The notes under the pieces were generated by a model that did not search any database, was not told the DNA's origin, and saw only the letters and a program-made list of their open reading frames with translations. Source: Thermodesulfovibrionales bacterium (GTDB lineage: Bacteria > Nitrospirota > Thermodesulfovibrionia > Thermodesulfovibrionales > UBA1546). Taken from it: 64,000 nucleotides of DNA. The translations under genes were made by a program, and so were the position numbers. The stretch's first letter is position 1; every line of letters begins with the position of its first letter. Shown here in pieces: positions 38,686 through 47,066 of this stretch. The stretch covers positions 38,742 through 102,741 of the forward strand of contig JBAQLV010000010.1 in the NCBI GenBank assembly GCA_049302185.1, given 5' to 3'.

Positions 38686-40128
38686 CTATTCACTATTCAC
38701 TTTATTAATTACTGGCAAGGTTATAACCACGGTACTGCCGTCTCCTGCAATGCTGTGGATGTTCACTTTTCCTCCGTGCTCCTCAACAACTCTTTTTGTC
38801 ATTGCAAGCCCGAGCCCAAGCCCGTTCCTTTTTGTAGTATAGAATGGTTCAAAGACCTTTGCTAATTCATCTTCAGGAATCCCTTTCCCTGTATCGCTGA
38901 TAGTGATTGAAAGCATTCCTTCCGCAGGTTCTGTTTTTATAGTCAATGCGCCTCCGTCAGGCATTGCCTGAAATGCATTCAATACGACGTTAAAGACGCA
39001 TGTTTTTATAAGGTCAGTGTCTATGTTAAGTGATGGAAGGAAATCGCAGTCTTTTATTATCTTTATCTTTTCTGCCTCTGCTTTTGCCCAGATTATTTCT
39101 ATTGTCTCTTCAAGGAGTTTGCCGATGTCTGCTTTTTGGAGATTGAGTTTAAGCGGTTTCCCGTAATCAAGAAACTCCTCTACGAGTTTGTTCAGCCGCT
39201 GAATTTCCTGTTTGATGTTTGCTATAAGAGAGTGGAATTTTTCTGCATCAATGTTACCGTCAGGAGAGAACTTTTCTTTTATATAGTCTACGCTTAGGCT
39301 TATAAAATTCAGAGGGTTCCTTATCTCATGGGCTATGCTTCTTGAAAGCTGGCCGATGCCTGAAAGGTGTTCTGCCTCGCGCAGTTTTTCCTCCATCTGC
39401 CTCTGCTCGCGCAGCTTCTGAACCATAAAATTAAAACTCTGCGTAAGCTCTCCTATCTCATCTTTGCTGTCAGTTACAAGGGTTTGTTCAAGGTCTCCTG
39501 CCGCAATCCTGTTTGCGGCAGAGACTACATTGTGTATCGGTTTTGTGTATCTCCATGAAAGGAGCATGGCTAAGCCGATGCCGAGTCCGAAGACCATAAG
39601 AGTGCTTATAATCCTTTTTATAATATTGATGCGCAGCGCTTTTGAAAAATCATCAGTATTGATTCTCAGATGAATATATCCGTAATGCTCTTCGCCCGCG
39701 ATAACAGGCACTATTACATTGTATGTCTTTCCCTCTTCGCGCGATACGGATTCGCCGAGTTCTGCCTTGATAATCAGTTCCTTCCTTTTCTGGCTCAGAG
39801 GTTTGCCAATCTTTGTAGGGTTTGAACTTGCAATGATCTCATCGGCATTGCTGATTATTGAAATCTCTTTTACCTCTTTTACATTCAGGCTCTGAAGGTA
39901 TTGCTGGAGTCTTGCCTCATCCGTAGAACCCTGGCTTGTTATCTCTTTAACGCCTATCTGAATTGCCTTTGAAAGCTCAACAATCTGCGCCTCAAATGCC
40001 TTATGCAGCGCCTTCTCGGATTGTGAATAGAGGATCATAAGGATTGACGTGAGGATAAAGCTCAGGAATATCATCATCAGGATGAGCTTTTTATTCAGAG
40101 AAAGGCCGAGAAAAAAGTCTTTTAGCAT
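38686..40128 (-). CDS. Sensor histidine kinase (periplasmic sensor, HAMP, HisKA, HATPase_c)
   Basis: 480 aa with H-box SIAHEIRNPLN and N/G boxes. Its last codons come from the heptamer array CTATTCA x2 at 38686-38706. Confidence 0.9.
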   Translation of the reverse strand: MLKDFFLGLSLNKKLILMMIFLSFILTSILMILYSQSEKALHKAFEAQIVELSKAIQIGVKEITSQGSTDEARLQQYLQSLNVKEVKEISIISNADEIIASSNPTKIGKPLSQKRKELIIKAELGESVSREEGKTYNVIVPVIAGEEHYGYIHLRINTDDFSKALRINIIKRIISTLMVFGLGIGLAMLLSWRYTKPIHNVVSAANRIAAGDLEQTLVTDSKDEIGELTQSFNFMVQKLREQRQMEEKLREAEHLSGIGQLSRSIAHEIRNPLNFISLSVDYIKEKFSPDGNIDAEKFHSLIANIKQEIQRLNKLVEEFLDYGKPLKLNLQKADIGKLLEETIEIIWAKAEAEKIKIIKDCDFLPSLNIDTDLIKTCVFNVVLNAFQAMPDGGALTIKTEPAEGMLSITISDTGKGIPEDELAKVFEPFYTTKRNGLGLGLAMTKRVVEEHGGKVNIHSIAGDGSTVVITLPVINKVNSE

Positions 40129-40242
40129 GCATTTAGCTTATCAGGTATGGAAATTGGAAATCAAGCAGTGGTTTGCTTGCTACTTTCTTCTGCAACATGA
40201 TATATTGCCCTATATATTATTTGAGATTATAAGGAGAAATGT

Positions 40243-40881
40243 ATGTCCAAAGAAGAGGCGCTCAAAACAGAACTTATTCAATCAATCATAAATTATGTAA
40301 GGGCAAATCATGCTGATGCGATAGATAAGGCATATGCATATTTCTGGGATGAGAAAAATCCTGATGAATTCCTTAGCGGGAATGCCCTCTACATAGGATT
40401 TGTAAATTTTGAGGACTGGCTTATATTTGATTACAAAGCCAATGATGCCGGAGAGGCTTTTATTGACCTCTACATAAAGAATTCCACAGGATTAAAAGAC
40501 GGCGAACTTACGCTCCTGAATAAAATAAAAGGCTCCTTATTGAGCCTCTATGAAGCAGTCTCAGTTTCCAAGGATAAGAGAGTTCTGCTTAAAGATCTGC
40601 TTATGGGAGGAGAAGTCTCTATGAAGGACAAGACATTAACAAAAGGCCTGAAAAAAGGCGATATATTCGCGGCAAGGCTTTTGCCTATTGACAAGGGACA
40701 TGCCATGAGCGGAAGCGTTTATCCGTTCAGGGCAGAGGATAAAAAAGCTGTTCTTGATTATGTGAACAGAATGTTCAGGAGATACACAAAAAATGAAAAT
40801 CCAAATGGGACGATGAAGGATTTTCTCAAGGATTACGGTGATGTATTTAATATGGCATGGATAAGGATTATAACAGGTTAG
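40243..40881 (+). CDS. Conserved hypothetical protein
   Basis: 212-aa ORF with good coding appearance and no motif I can assign. Confidence 0.5.
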   Translation: MSKEEALKTELIQSIINYVRANHADAIDKAYAYFWDEKNPDEFLSGNALYIGFVNFEDWLIFDYKANDAGEAFIDLYIKNSTGLKDGELTLLNKIKGSLLSLYEAVSVSKDKRVLLKDLLMGGEVSMKDKTLTKGLKKGDIFAARLLPIDKGHAMSGSVYPFRAEDKKAVLDYVNRMFRRYTKNENPNGTMKDFLKDYGDVFNMAWIRIITG

Positions 40882-40983
40882 TTTTTTAAAAAGACAAATG
40901 GCATATAGGTAAAAAGAGGGAGGTGGGGTTATTCAATATATTCTCTTGCTCTGTGATAAAATAGTTTCAAAAGAAGGATTTGT

Positions 40984-41739
40984 ATGTTCCGAGATATAAA
41001 AGATTCAGAAATATTTACAAGATTGGCGGATTTTTTTGGGAAAAAGTCTGAAGTTTTGCTTGTTTTTCTCTTTGGATCCGCAGCAAGCAGGAAAATGACA
41101 GAATATCTCACAAAGGTAATGGGCTATCCAGAGGAGAATGTTGTAACACTTTTGAATGAACATGCGACAAATGTAGATTTTGCAAAATACTTTGAGAAGT
41201 GGCTTCCTAACAACGTTGAAAAAGATAGAAACCTTTACAAAGTTAAACTTAAAGCTCTTGTTGAACCTGTTTATCCTGAAAAAAGCGAAACTATCTCACT
41301 TAAAGTCTCCCTCTCAAAGACTGTTTTAAAGGAAGGCGATGAGGTTAAGGTTTTTTTTCAGACAAACAGGGACTCTTATGTGTATATCTTTTCGGTAGCA
41401 GCAGACGGCTCTGTGACACTCCTGTTGCCCAACTCCATAAATAAGGACAATCTTATTCTTGCTGGGAGAGCATACACTTTCCCTACTCCTGAAAGCCGGA
41501 TAAGGTTGACGGCAATGTTCCTTCCTGAGTTTAAAGGGAAGATTGCAGAAGAAAAGATAAAGATTATAACCACAAAGAAAAAAGAGGATTTAGTGCCTCT
41601 CGGTTTTCAGGAAGGGATGTTCAAGGTCTATGATGCAAAGTCCACAGGCATGATAAGCGACCTAATCAAAAGACTCAATCAGCTTGAGCCTGCTGACTGG
41701 GCAGAGGCAACGACAGTTTATAGGATTGAGAGAAGATGA
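40984..41739 (+). CDS. DUF4384-like domain protein with a degenerate mosaic N-terminus
   Basis: The C-terminal YVYIFSVAADGSVTLLLPNS...AGRAYTFP resembles DUF4384. The N-terminus carries a nucleotidyltransferase-like LVFLFGSAASR and a caspase-like segment without catalytic His/Cys. Confidence 0.5.
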   Translation: MFRDIKDSEIFTRLADFFGKKSEVLLVFLFGSAASRKMTEYLTKVMGYPEENVVTLLNEHATNVDFAKYFEKWLPNNVEKDRNLYKVKLKALVEPVYPEKSETISLKVSLSKTVLKEGDEVKVFFQTNRDSYVYIFSVAADGSVTLLLPNSINKDNLILAGRAYTFPTPESRIRLTAMFLPEFKGKIAEEKIKIITTKKKEDLVPLGFQEGMFKVYDAKSTGMISDLIKRLNQLEPADWAEATTVYRIERR

Positions 41740-43343
41740 AAGTTGTTACAGCGGAAGAGATGAGAGAGATTGACAGGATGACCATAAGGGATTATGAAAT
41801 AGCCGGTAGTGTGCTCATGGAGAGGGCAGGGCTTGCCGTTGCAGGAAAAATAAGGGAACTTTTTGAGCGGCGGAGAAAGGTTATAGTTCTTTCGGGTGGA
41901 GGCAATAATGGCGGAGACGGCATTGTTGTTGTAAGAAATCTTCATGAATGGGGCTGGAATGTAAAAATCATTCTTCTTTCAAAGGAAAACAAGCTAAGCC
42001 CGGACTGTCTGTTGCAATATAAGATAGCGAAAAAATCAGGCGTGCCGGTTGAGTTTCGGGATTATATCACAGAAAAAGACCTTCATAGCGCTTTGGTTGT
42101 AGATGCAATTTTCGGCACCGGTTTAAGCAAAAATATCACAGGAAAGACGGCCGAGATTATATCGTTTATCAATGCCTCGGATGCTCCTGTAATTTCTGTT
42201 GACATTCCCTCAGGCATTTCATCAGATACAGGGCAGATTATGGGAGAGGCGGTCAGGGCGGATTATACCATAGCGTTCGGTATTCCCAAGAGAGGTCATC
42301 TGCTTTACCCGGGCGCTGATTATACCGGAAGGCTTTTTATTGAAGATATCGGCTTTCCTGAAGAACTGCTTCACTCGGAAAAGCTTAAAGCAGAGCTTCT
42401 TGAAAAAAGAGACATATTTTTATTGATTCCCGAAAGGCAGAGGTATTCGCATAAAGGCGATTATGGCCATGTGCTTGTTATTGCAGGCTCAAGAGGGAAA
42501 ACAGGCGCTGCATTCATGTGTGCAAAGGCATGTCTAAGGTCAGGCGCAGGGCTTGTGACAATAGGAGTTCCGGAATCACTGCTGGATGTTTTTCAGTCAA
42601 GGGTTACAGAAGAGATGACCCTGCCTTTGCCTGACAAAGGAGACGGGACGCTTTCATCAAAGGCATTGGAAAAGATTCTGGAATTTCTTTCTGAAAAGGC
42701 TGATGTGCTTGCAATTGGTCCGGGAATTTCCGTTACCGATGATACTAAGAAGCTTGTCAGAGAACTTTTACTGAATTCAACAGCGTCGGCTGTTATTGAT
42801 GCTGATGCTATAAATTCGCTTCAGGGCAATAAGCAGATACTCAAAAAAGCGAGGTCGCCGCTGATTCTTACGCCTCATCCAGGAGAGATGGCGAGACTCT
42901 TACAGAAGTCACCCCCCCCACCCATCCCTCCCCCTCGAGGGGGGAGGGTGAGGGAGGGGGTGAAAGCTCTAACTTCTGAACTCCAAACCAAAATAGAGCA
43001 GGACAGGATTAATACTGCCATGTTTTTTGCAAAAGAGACAGGGACATATCTTGTTCTTAAAGGCGTGCCGACAGTTATTGCTGAACCGGAAGGCAGAGTG
43101 TTCATCAATCCGACAGGCAATTCCGGTATGGCGAGCGCCGGAACAGGGGATGTCCTGACAGGAATGGTTTCAGGGTTTTTAGGGCAGGGGTTAAACCCGC
43201 TTGAGGCGTCAATTCTTGGAGTTTATATGCATGGACTTGCCGGAGACATAGCTGCGAAAAGCAAGGGAGAACATTCGCTGATTGCATCCGATATTACAGA
43301 TGCGATTCCGGAGGCGTTTCATCTATTGAGGATTATTTCATAA
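41736..43343 (+). CDS. nnr: Bifunctional NAD(P)H-hydrate repair enzyme (epimerase/dehydratase)
   Basis: 535 aa with a YjeF_N domain (GGGNNGGDG) and a carbohydrate-kinase-like C domain (GTGDVLTG). It carries an in-frame GC-palindrome insertion. Confidence 0.92.
   Translation: MKVVTAEEMREIDRMTIRDYEIAGSVLMERAGLAVAGKIRELFERRRKVIVLSGGGNNGGDGIVVVRNLHEWGWNVKIILLSKENKLSPDCLLQYKIAKKSGVPVEFRDYITEKDLHSALVVDAIFGTGLSKNITGKTAEIISFINASDAPVISVDIPSGISSDTGQIMGEAVRADYTIAFGIPKRGHLLYPGADYTGRLFIEDIGFPEELLHSEKLKAELLEKRDIFLLIPERQRYSHKGDYGHVLVIAGSRGKTGAAFMCAKACLRSGAGLVTIGVPESLLDVFQSRVTEEMTLPLPDKGDGTLSSKALEKILEFLSEKADVLAIGPGISVTDDTKKLVRELLLNSTASAVIDADAINSLQGNKQILKKARSPLILTPHPGEMARLLQKSPPPPIPPPRGGRVREGVKALTSELQTKIEQDRINTAMFFAKETGTYLVLKGVPTVIAEPEGRVFINPTGNSGMASAGTGDVLTGMVSGFLGQGLNPLEASILGVYMHGLAGDIAAKSKGEHSLIASDITDAIPEAFHLLRIIS
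42910..42962. repeat. GC-rich palindromic mini-element, in frame in nnr
   Basis: cacccccccacccatccctccccctcgaggggggagggtgagggagggggtg, centred on CTCGAG. It encodes SPPPPIPPPRGGRVREG. Confidence 0.9.
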
Positions 43344-43353
43344 GCTATGTTTA

Positions 43354-43551
43354 AGCAGACAGGACATAGCATCTTCGCTTTCGCCTCAGGCGAATTCGCC
43401 GAGGAGGACAAAAATTTATTTACTAAGACGGCTACAAGTAAGGATACATTCTTGTCATTCTCCTCCTCCGGCTTGACCGGGGGATTGACCGGAGAATCCA
43501 GAAAGGCGCTGGATGCCCGATTAAGAACTTCGGGCATGACGTCAAAAATAA
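43354..43551. repeat. Composite of a family B terminus and hairpin plus family A hairpin units
   Basis: 43354-43377 matches the reverse complement of 19618-19641 at 23/24. 43373-43412 matches 13185-13222. 43447-43551 starts like 46347. Confidence 0.8.
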
Positions 43552-43596
43552 GTTGCATGTGTCCTTACTAATGACCGCATTAGTATTTAGAAATTA

Positions 43597-44274
43597 ATGG
43601 AAACGCTTATATTCCCTGAAATATTCGGAAGACATGTAACAGCCTTTTTTACAGGCAAATCTCCGGGCGCTGACCCTGAAGGAATATCCGGAGCTGTGTC
43701 CGTTGATAAGCAAAAGATTTATCTGCCGATACAGAAGCATACAGACAAGGTGCTTGTGCTGGATTCAGATTTGAGTCCCAGAATTGCAGATGCTGTTATA
43801 ACTAACAATAAGGGCATTCTTCTTGGTGTTCAGGTTGCAGACTGTGTGCCTGTGCTTCTGTATGATGTGAAGAGAAATGTAATTGGGGTTGTTCATGCGG
43901 GGTGGCGGGGAACAGCAGCTTCAATACTTAAAAAGACAATAGAAACAATGCGTGAGAGGTTTGGTTCTTTTCCTGATGATATTAAGATAGCCATAGGCCC
44001 GAGTATAAGATGGTGTTGTTACCACGTAGGGTATAATGTTCTTGAGTCTGTTGAAAAGGCAACAGGCAATGGCGAATATCACATCAACAGAGGCGAGGCA
44101 TATTGTCTTGATATCGCATCAGCTAACAAATATCAGGCGGTATCTGCGGGGATTCACGAAAAGAATATATGGGTATCTGAAGAGTGTACATACTGTCATC
44201 CTGACAAATACTATTCATACAGGTTTGCAAAGGGGACTACCGGAAGACAGGGAGGGTTTATAGGGATTCTTTAA
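43597..44274 (+). CDS. pgeF: Peptidoglycan editing factor PgeF (YfiH/laccase-domain family)
   Basis: 225 aa with VADCVPV, HAGWRG and a C..H motif. Confidence 0.88.
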   Translation: METLIFPEIFGRHVTAFFTGKSPGADPEGISGAVSVDKQKIYLPIQKHTDKVLVLDSDLSPRIADAVITNNKGILLGVQVADCVPVLLYDVKRNVIGVVHAGWRGTAASILKKTIETMRERFGSFPDDIKIAIGPSIRWCCYHVGYNVLESVEKATGNGEYHINRGEAYCLDIASANKYQAVSAGIHEKNIWVSEECTYCHPDKYYSYRFAKGTTGRQGGFIGIL

Positions 44275-44291
44275 ATTAATAAAAAAATAAT

Positions 44292-44735
44292 ATGGCTATA
44301 AAGTTTTTAAGCAGAAATACGGAAGAGACGCAGATGATAGGTTTCAGGCTCGGGAATTTGCTGAGGCCTCATAATGTCGTTTGTCTCTATGGTGAACTCG
44401 GCGCAGGCAAGACAACATTTGTTAAAGGCATTGCGCAGGCGCTGGGTATTTCAGACAGGGATATTACAAGCGCAAGTTTTACTATAATTGCGGAATATGA
44501 CAGCGAAATCCCGCTCTACCATATAGACCTTTACAGGATTGAAAAAAACGCTGATATTGATGAAACAGGGATATGGGATTATATTTACAGTGACGGCATC
44601 ACCGTTATTGAATGGGCTGAACGCCTCGGAGAAATTCAGGATGATTTTATAAGGGTAAAATTTGCTATTATAGATAAAGAAGTAAGGGACATTACGATTG
44701 AGGGAATAGATGAAAAAGATTGGAATCGTATCTAA
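44292..44735 (+). CDS. tsaE: tRNA t6A37 biosynthesis ATPase TsaE
   Basis: 147 aa with GELGAGKTTF and HIDLYR. Confidence 0.88.
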   Translation: MAIKFLSRNTEETQMIGFRLGNLLRPHNVVCLYGELGAGKTTFVKGIAQALGISDRDITSASFTIIAEYDSEIPLYHIDLYRIEKNADIDETGIWDYIYSDGITVIEWAERLGEIQDDFIRVKFAIIDKEVRDITIEGIDEKDWNRI

Positions 44736-45561
44736 AGCTGGAAGATCTGAGCCTATAGAGATACTGAAAGATTTTCTTCCGTGGCTGAATAATAAAGGGC
44801 TTGAGGTTTTTCTGGATTCGGAAACAGCCGCTTTACTTAAGGTGAAGGGCTATCCACGCTCTGAGATGCCTTCCCTTGTTGATATGATAATCGTTCTTGG
44901 CGGCGACGGGACAATGCTCAATGTTGCACGGCTTGTCTGTGAAAGAGGCGTTCCTATTCTCGGAGTGAATCTCGGAGGGCTTGGTTTCATCACAGAGGTT
45001 CGTAAAGAAGAACTCTCTGATGCAATGAGCAAGACGCTCTCAGGCGAATATTCAATTGAAGACAGGATGATGCTTACCGCGCACATACACAGGCATGGGG
45101 AAAAAATTGCTGAATATACTGTGCTGAATGATGTGGTTATAAATAAAGGCGCCCTTGCAAGGATTATTGACCTTGAAACATATATTAACAAGACCTATGT
45201 AACCCTCTTTAAGGCGGATGGGCTTATCGTATCAACTCCGACAGGTTCAACAGCATACTCATTGTCAGCAGGCGGCCCTGTGCTTTATCCGACGCTTGAC
45301 TGTATTATCCTTACGCCTATATGCCCGCATACACTGACAAACAGGCCTACTGTGCTTCCGGATGACGCGCTTATAGAAATAATACTTAAGTCTGTCAGCG
45401 AGGATGTGTTCCTCACGCTTGACGGTCAGGTCGGATTTTCTCTCAGGAAGGATGACGTTGTGGAGGTCAAGAGGTCGCCGTTTAAGACAAGGCTTATCAT
45501 CCCGTTTGAGAGGGATTATTTCCAGATATTAAGGACAAAGCTTAAATGGGGAGAGCGTTAA
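44710..45561 (+). CDS. nadK: NAD kinase
   Basis: 283 aa with GGDGT, the NLGGLGFIT motif and TPTGSTAYSLSAGGP. Confidence 0.93.
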   Translation: MKKIGIVSKAGRSEPIEILKDFLPWLNNKGLEVFLDSETAALLKVKGYPRSEMPSLVDMIIVLGGDGTMLNVARLVCERGVPILGVNLGGLGFITEVRKEELSDAMSKTLSGEYSIEDRMMLTAHIHRHGEKIAEYTVLNDVVINKGALARIIDLETYINKTYVTLFKADGLIVSTPTGSTAYSLSAGGPVLYPTLDCIILTPICPHTLTNRPTVLPDDALIEIILKSVSEDVFLTLDGQVGFSLRKDDVVEVKRSPFKTRLIIPFERDYFQILRTKLKWGER

Positions 45562-45565
45562 AAAC

Positions 45566-45600
45566 AGTTATGAGTTTAGAGTTAAGAGTTAGAAATTAAA
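45566..45600. repeat. Heptamer array AGTTATG AGTTTAG AGTTAAG AGTTAGA AATTAAA
   Basis: Five units make up essentially the whole nadK-UDG intergenic spacer. Confidence 0.85.
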
Positions 45601-46323
45601 ATGACAAATATTGCAGAAGACATAAAGACAGTGCTTGAGTTTTATCAGGCGATGGGGATTGAGAGAATACCCTTAAACATAGCGCTGAAGAGCAGAAGCG
45701 CAGAAGTGCAGAAGCCACCCCCCCATCCCCCCCTTGGTAAGGGGGGGCGAAGGGGGGGTGATTATTCGGAAAAGGTTATTGCTTTAAAAAAATTGCGCGA
45801 TGAGATTGGTGATTGTCAGAGGTGCAAACTCTCAAAGGGGAGAAAGAACATTGTATTCGGGGAAGGCAGCATAGATGCGGAAATAATGTTCATTGGCGAA
45901 GGGCCCGGCGAAGACGAGGACATTCAGGGGCGGCCTTTTGTGGGCAAGGCAGGACAGCTGCTTACAAAACTGATAGAGAAGATGGGATTTAAGAGGGAGG
46001 ATGTCTATATCGGCAATATCGTGAAGTGCCGGCCTCCCGGTAACAGGGACCCTGAGGAAGACGAGATTAACGCCTGTTCTCCGTTCATAAAAAAACAGGC
46101 GGCGATAATCTCTCCGAAGGTTATAGTTTCGCTTGGCCGCATATCTACGCAGACGCTCATCGGCATGAAGATTCCGATAGGCAAGCTGAGGGGCAAATTC
46201 TATCAGTTTGAAGATATTCCGCTGATGCCGACATTTCATCCGTCTTATCTCCTGAGAAACCCCAAAGACAAATGGCTTGTATGGGAAGATGCGCAAAAGG
46301 TTCTTGAAAGGCTGGGAAAGTAG
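45601..46323 (+). CDS. Uracil-DNA glycosylase, family 4
   Basis: 240 aa with CQRC..., GEGPGEDED and HPSYLLRN. It carries an in-frame GC palindrome in the N-terminal extension. Confidence 0.9.
   Translation: MTNIAEDIKTVLEFYQAMGIERIPLNIALKSRSAEVQKPPPHPPLGKGGRRGGDYSEKVIALKKLRDEIGDCQRCKLSKGRKNIVFGEGSIDAEIMFIGEGPGEDEDIQGRPFVGKAGQLLTKLIEKMGFKREDVYIGNIVKCRPPGNRDPEEDEINACSPFIKKQAAIISPKVIVSLGRISTQTLIGMKIPIGKLRGKFYQFEDIPLMPTFHPSYLLRNPKDKWLVWEDAQKVLERLGK
45716..45759. repeat. GC-rich palindromic mini-element, in frame in the UDG gene
   Basis: cacccccccatcccccccttggtaagggggggcgaagggggggtg. It encodes PPPHPPLGKGGRRGG. Confidence 0.9.
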
Positions 46324-46346
46324 TTTGAACGGTTTTTAGATGAACA

Positions 46347-46419
46347 CATTCTTGTCATTCCTGCGCAAGCAGGAATCCAGCAGTTTGAAAACTGGATTCC
46401 CGTTTTCACGAGAATGACA
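46347..46419. repeat. Family A hairpin units (GTCATTCCTGCGCAAGCAGGAATC; CCAGCAGTTTGAAAACTGGATTC)
   Basis: Intergenic between UDG and ubiX. It has the same ACATTCTTGTCATTC start as 43445. Confidence 0.8.
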
Positions 46420-46433
46420 GATAAGGACTTAAG

Positions 46434-47066
46434 ATGAAGAAATATGTTTTTGCCATAAGCGGTGCAAGCGGTTCCATAATCGGGATAAGAGTTCTAAGAG
46501 AATTACTCAAGACTTCTCATGTTCATCTCATAATATCATCACAGTCATTCTCCATTATAAAAGATGAGACAGGCATTGATTGGGCAATTAAAAAAAGTTC
46601 AAAGTTTAAAGTTCAAAATTCAAAGTTAAGAGAAGATAAAATCAGGAAGTATTTTAAAACAGACAGGCTTTTCTTTTATGAGAACACACAGATGGATGCG
46701 CCTGTCGCAAGCGGTTCATTTAAAACAGACGGGATGCTCATTGTGCCATGTTCCATGAAGACGCTTTCAGGCATTGCGAATGGTTATGCAAATAACCTCA
46801 TAGAGCGGGCTGCTGATGTGACGATAAAAGAGGGAAGGACACTGCTTCTTTCGCCGAGGGAGATGCCGTTCAGCGCAATACATCTTGAGAACATGCTCAA
46901 ACTTGCAAGAATCGGGGTGAAGATTGCGCCTCCTGTTTTAGCCTTCTACCACAAGCCTAAAAAGATTGACGATATGATTAATTTCACAGCAGGCAAAATC
47001 CTTGACGCTGTCGGAGTGGAACATGAGATTTATAAGAGATGGGGAACTGATAGCGGTAAGAAATGA
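46434..47066 (+). CDS. ubiX: UbiX-family flavin prenyltransferase
   Basis: 210 aa with [20 protein letters not shown] and REMP. It contains a heptamer-derived insert. Confidence 0.9.
   Translation: MKKYVFAISGASGSIIGIRVLRELLKTSHVHLIISSQSFSIIKDETGIDWAIKKSSKFKVQNSKLREDKIRKYFKTDRLFFYENTQMDAPVASGSFKTDGMLIVPCSMKTLSGIANGYANNLIERAADVTIKEGRTLLLSPREMPFSAIHLENMLKLARIGVKIAPPVLAFYHKPKKIDDMINFTAGKILDAVGVEHEIYKRWGTDSGKK
46596..46630. repeat. Heptamer array AGTTCAA AGTTTAA AGTTCAA AATTCAA AGTTAAG inside ubiX
   Basis: It encodes [12 protein letters not shown] within a loop that is about 15 residues longer than in E. coli UbiX as I recall it. Confidence 0.85.
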
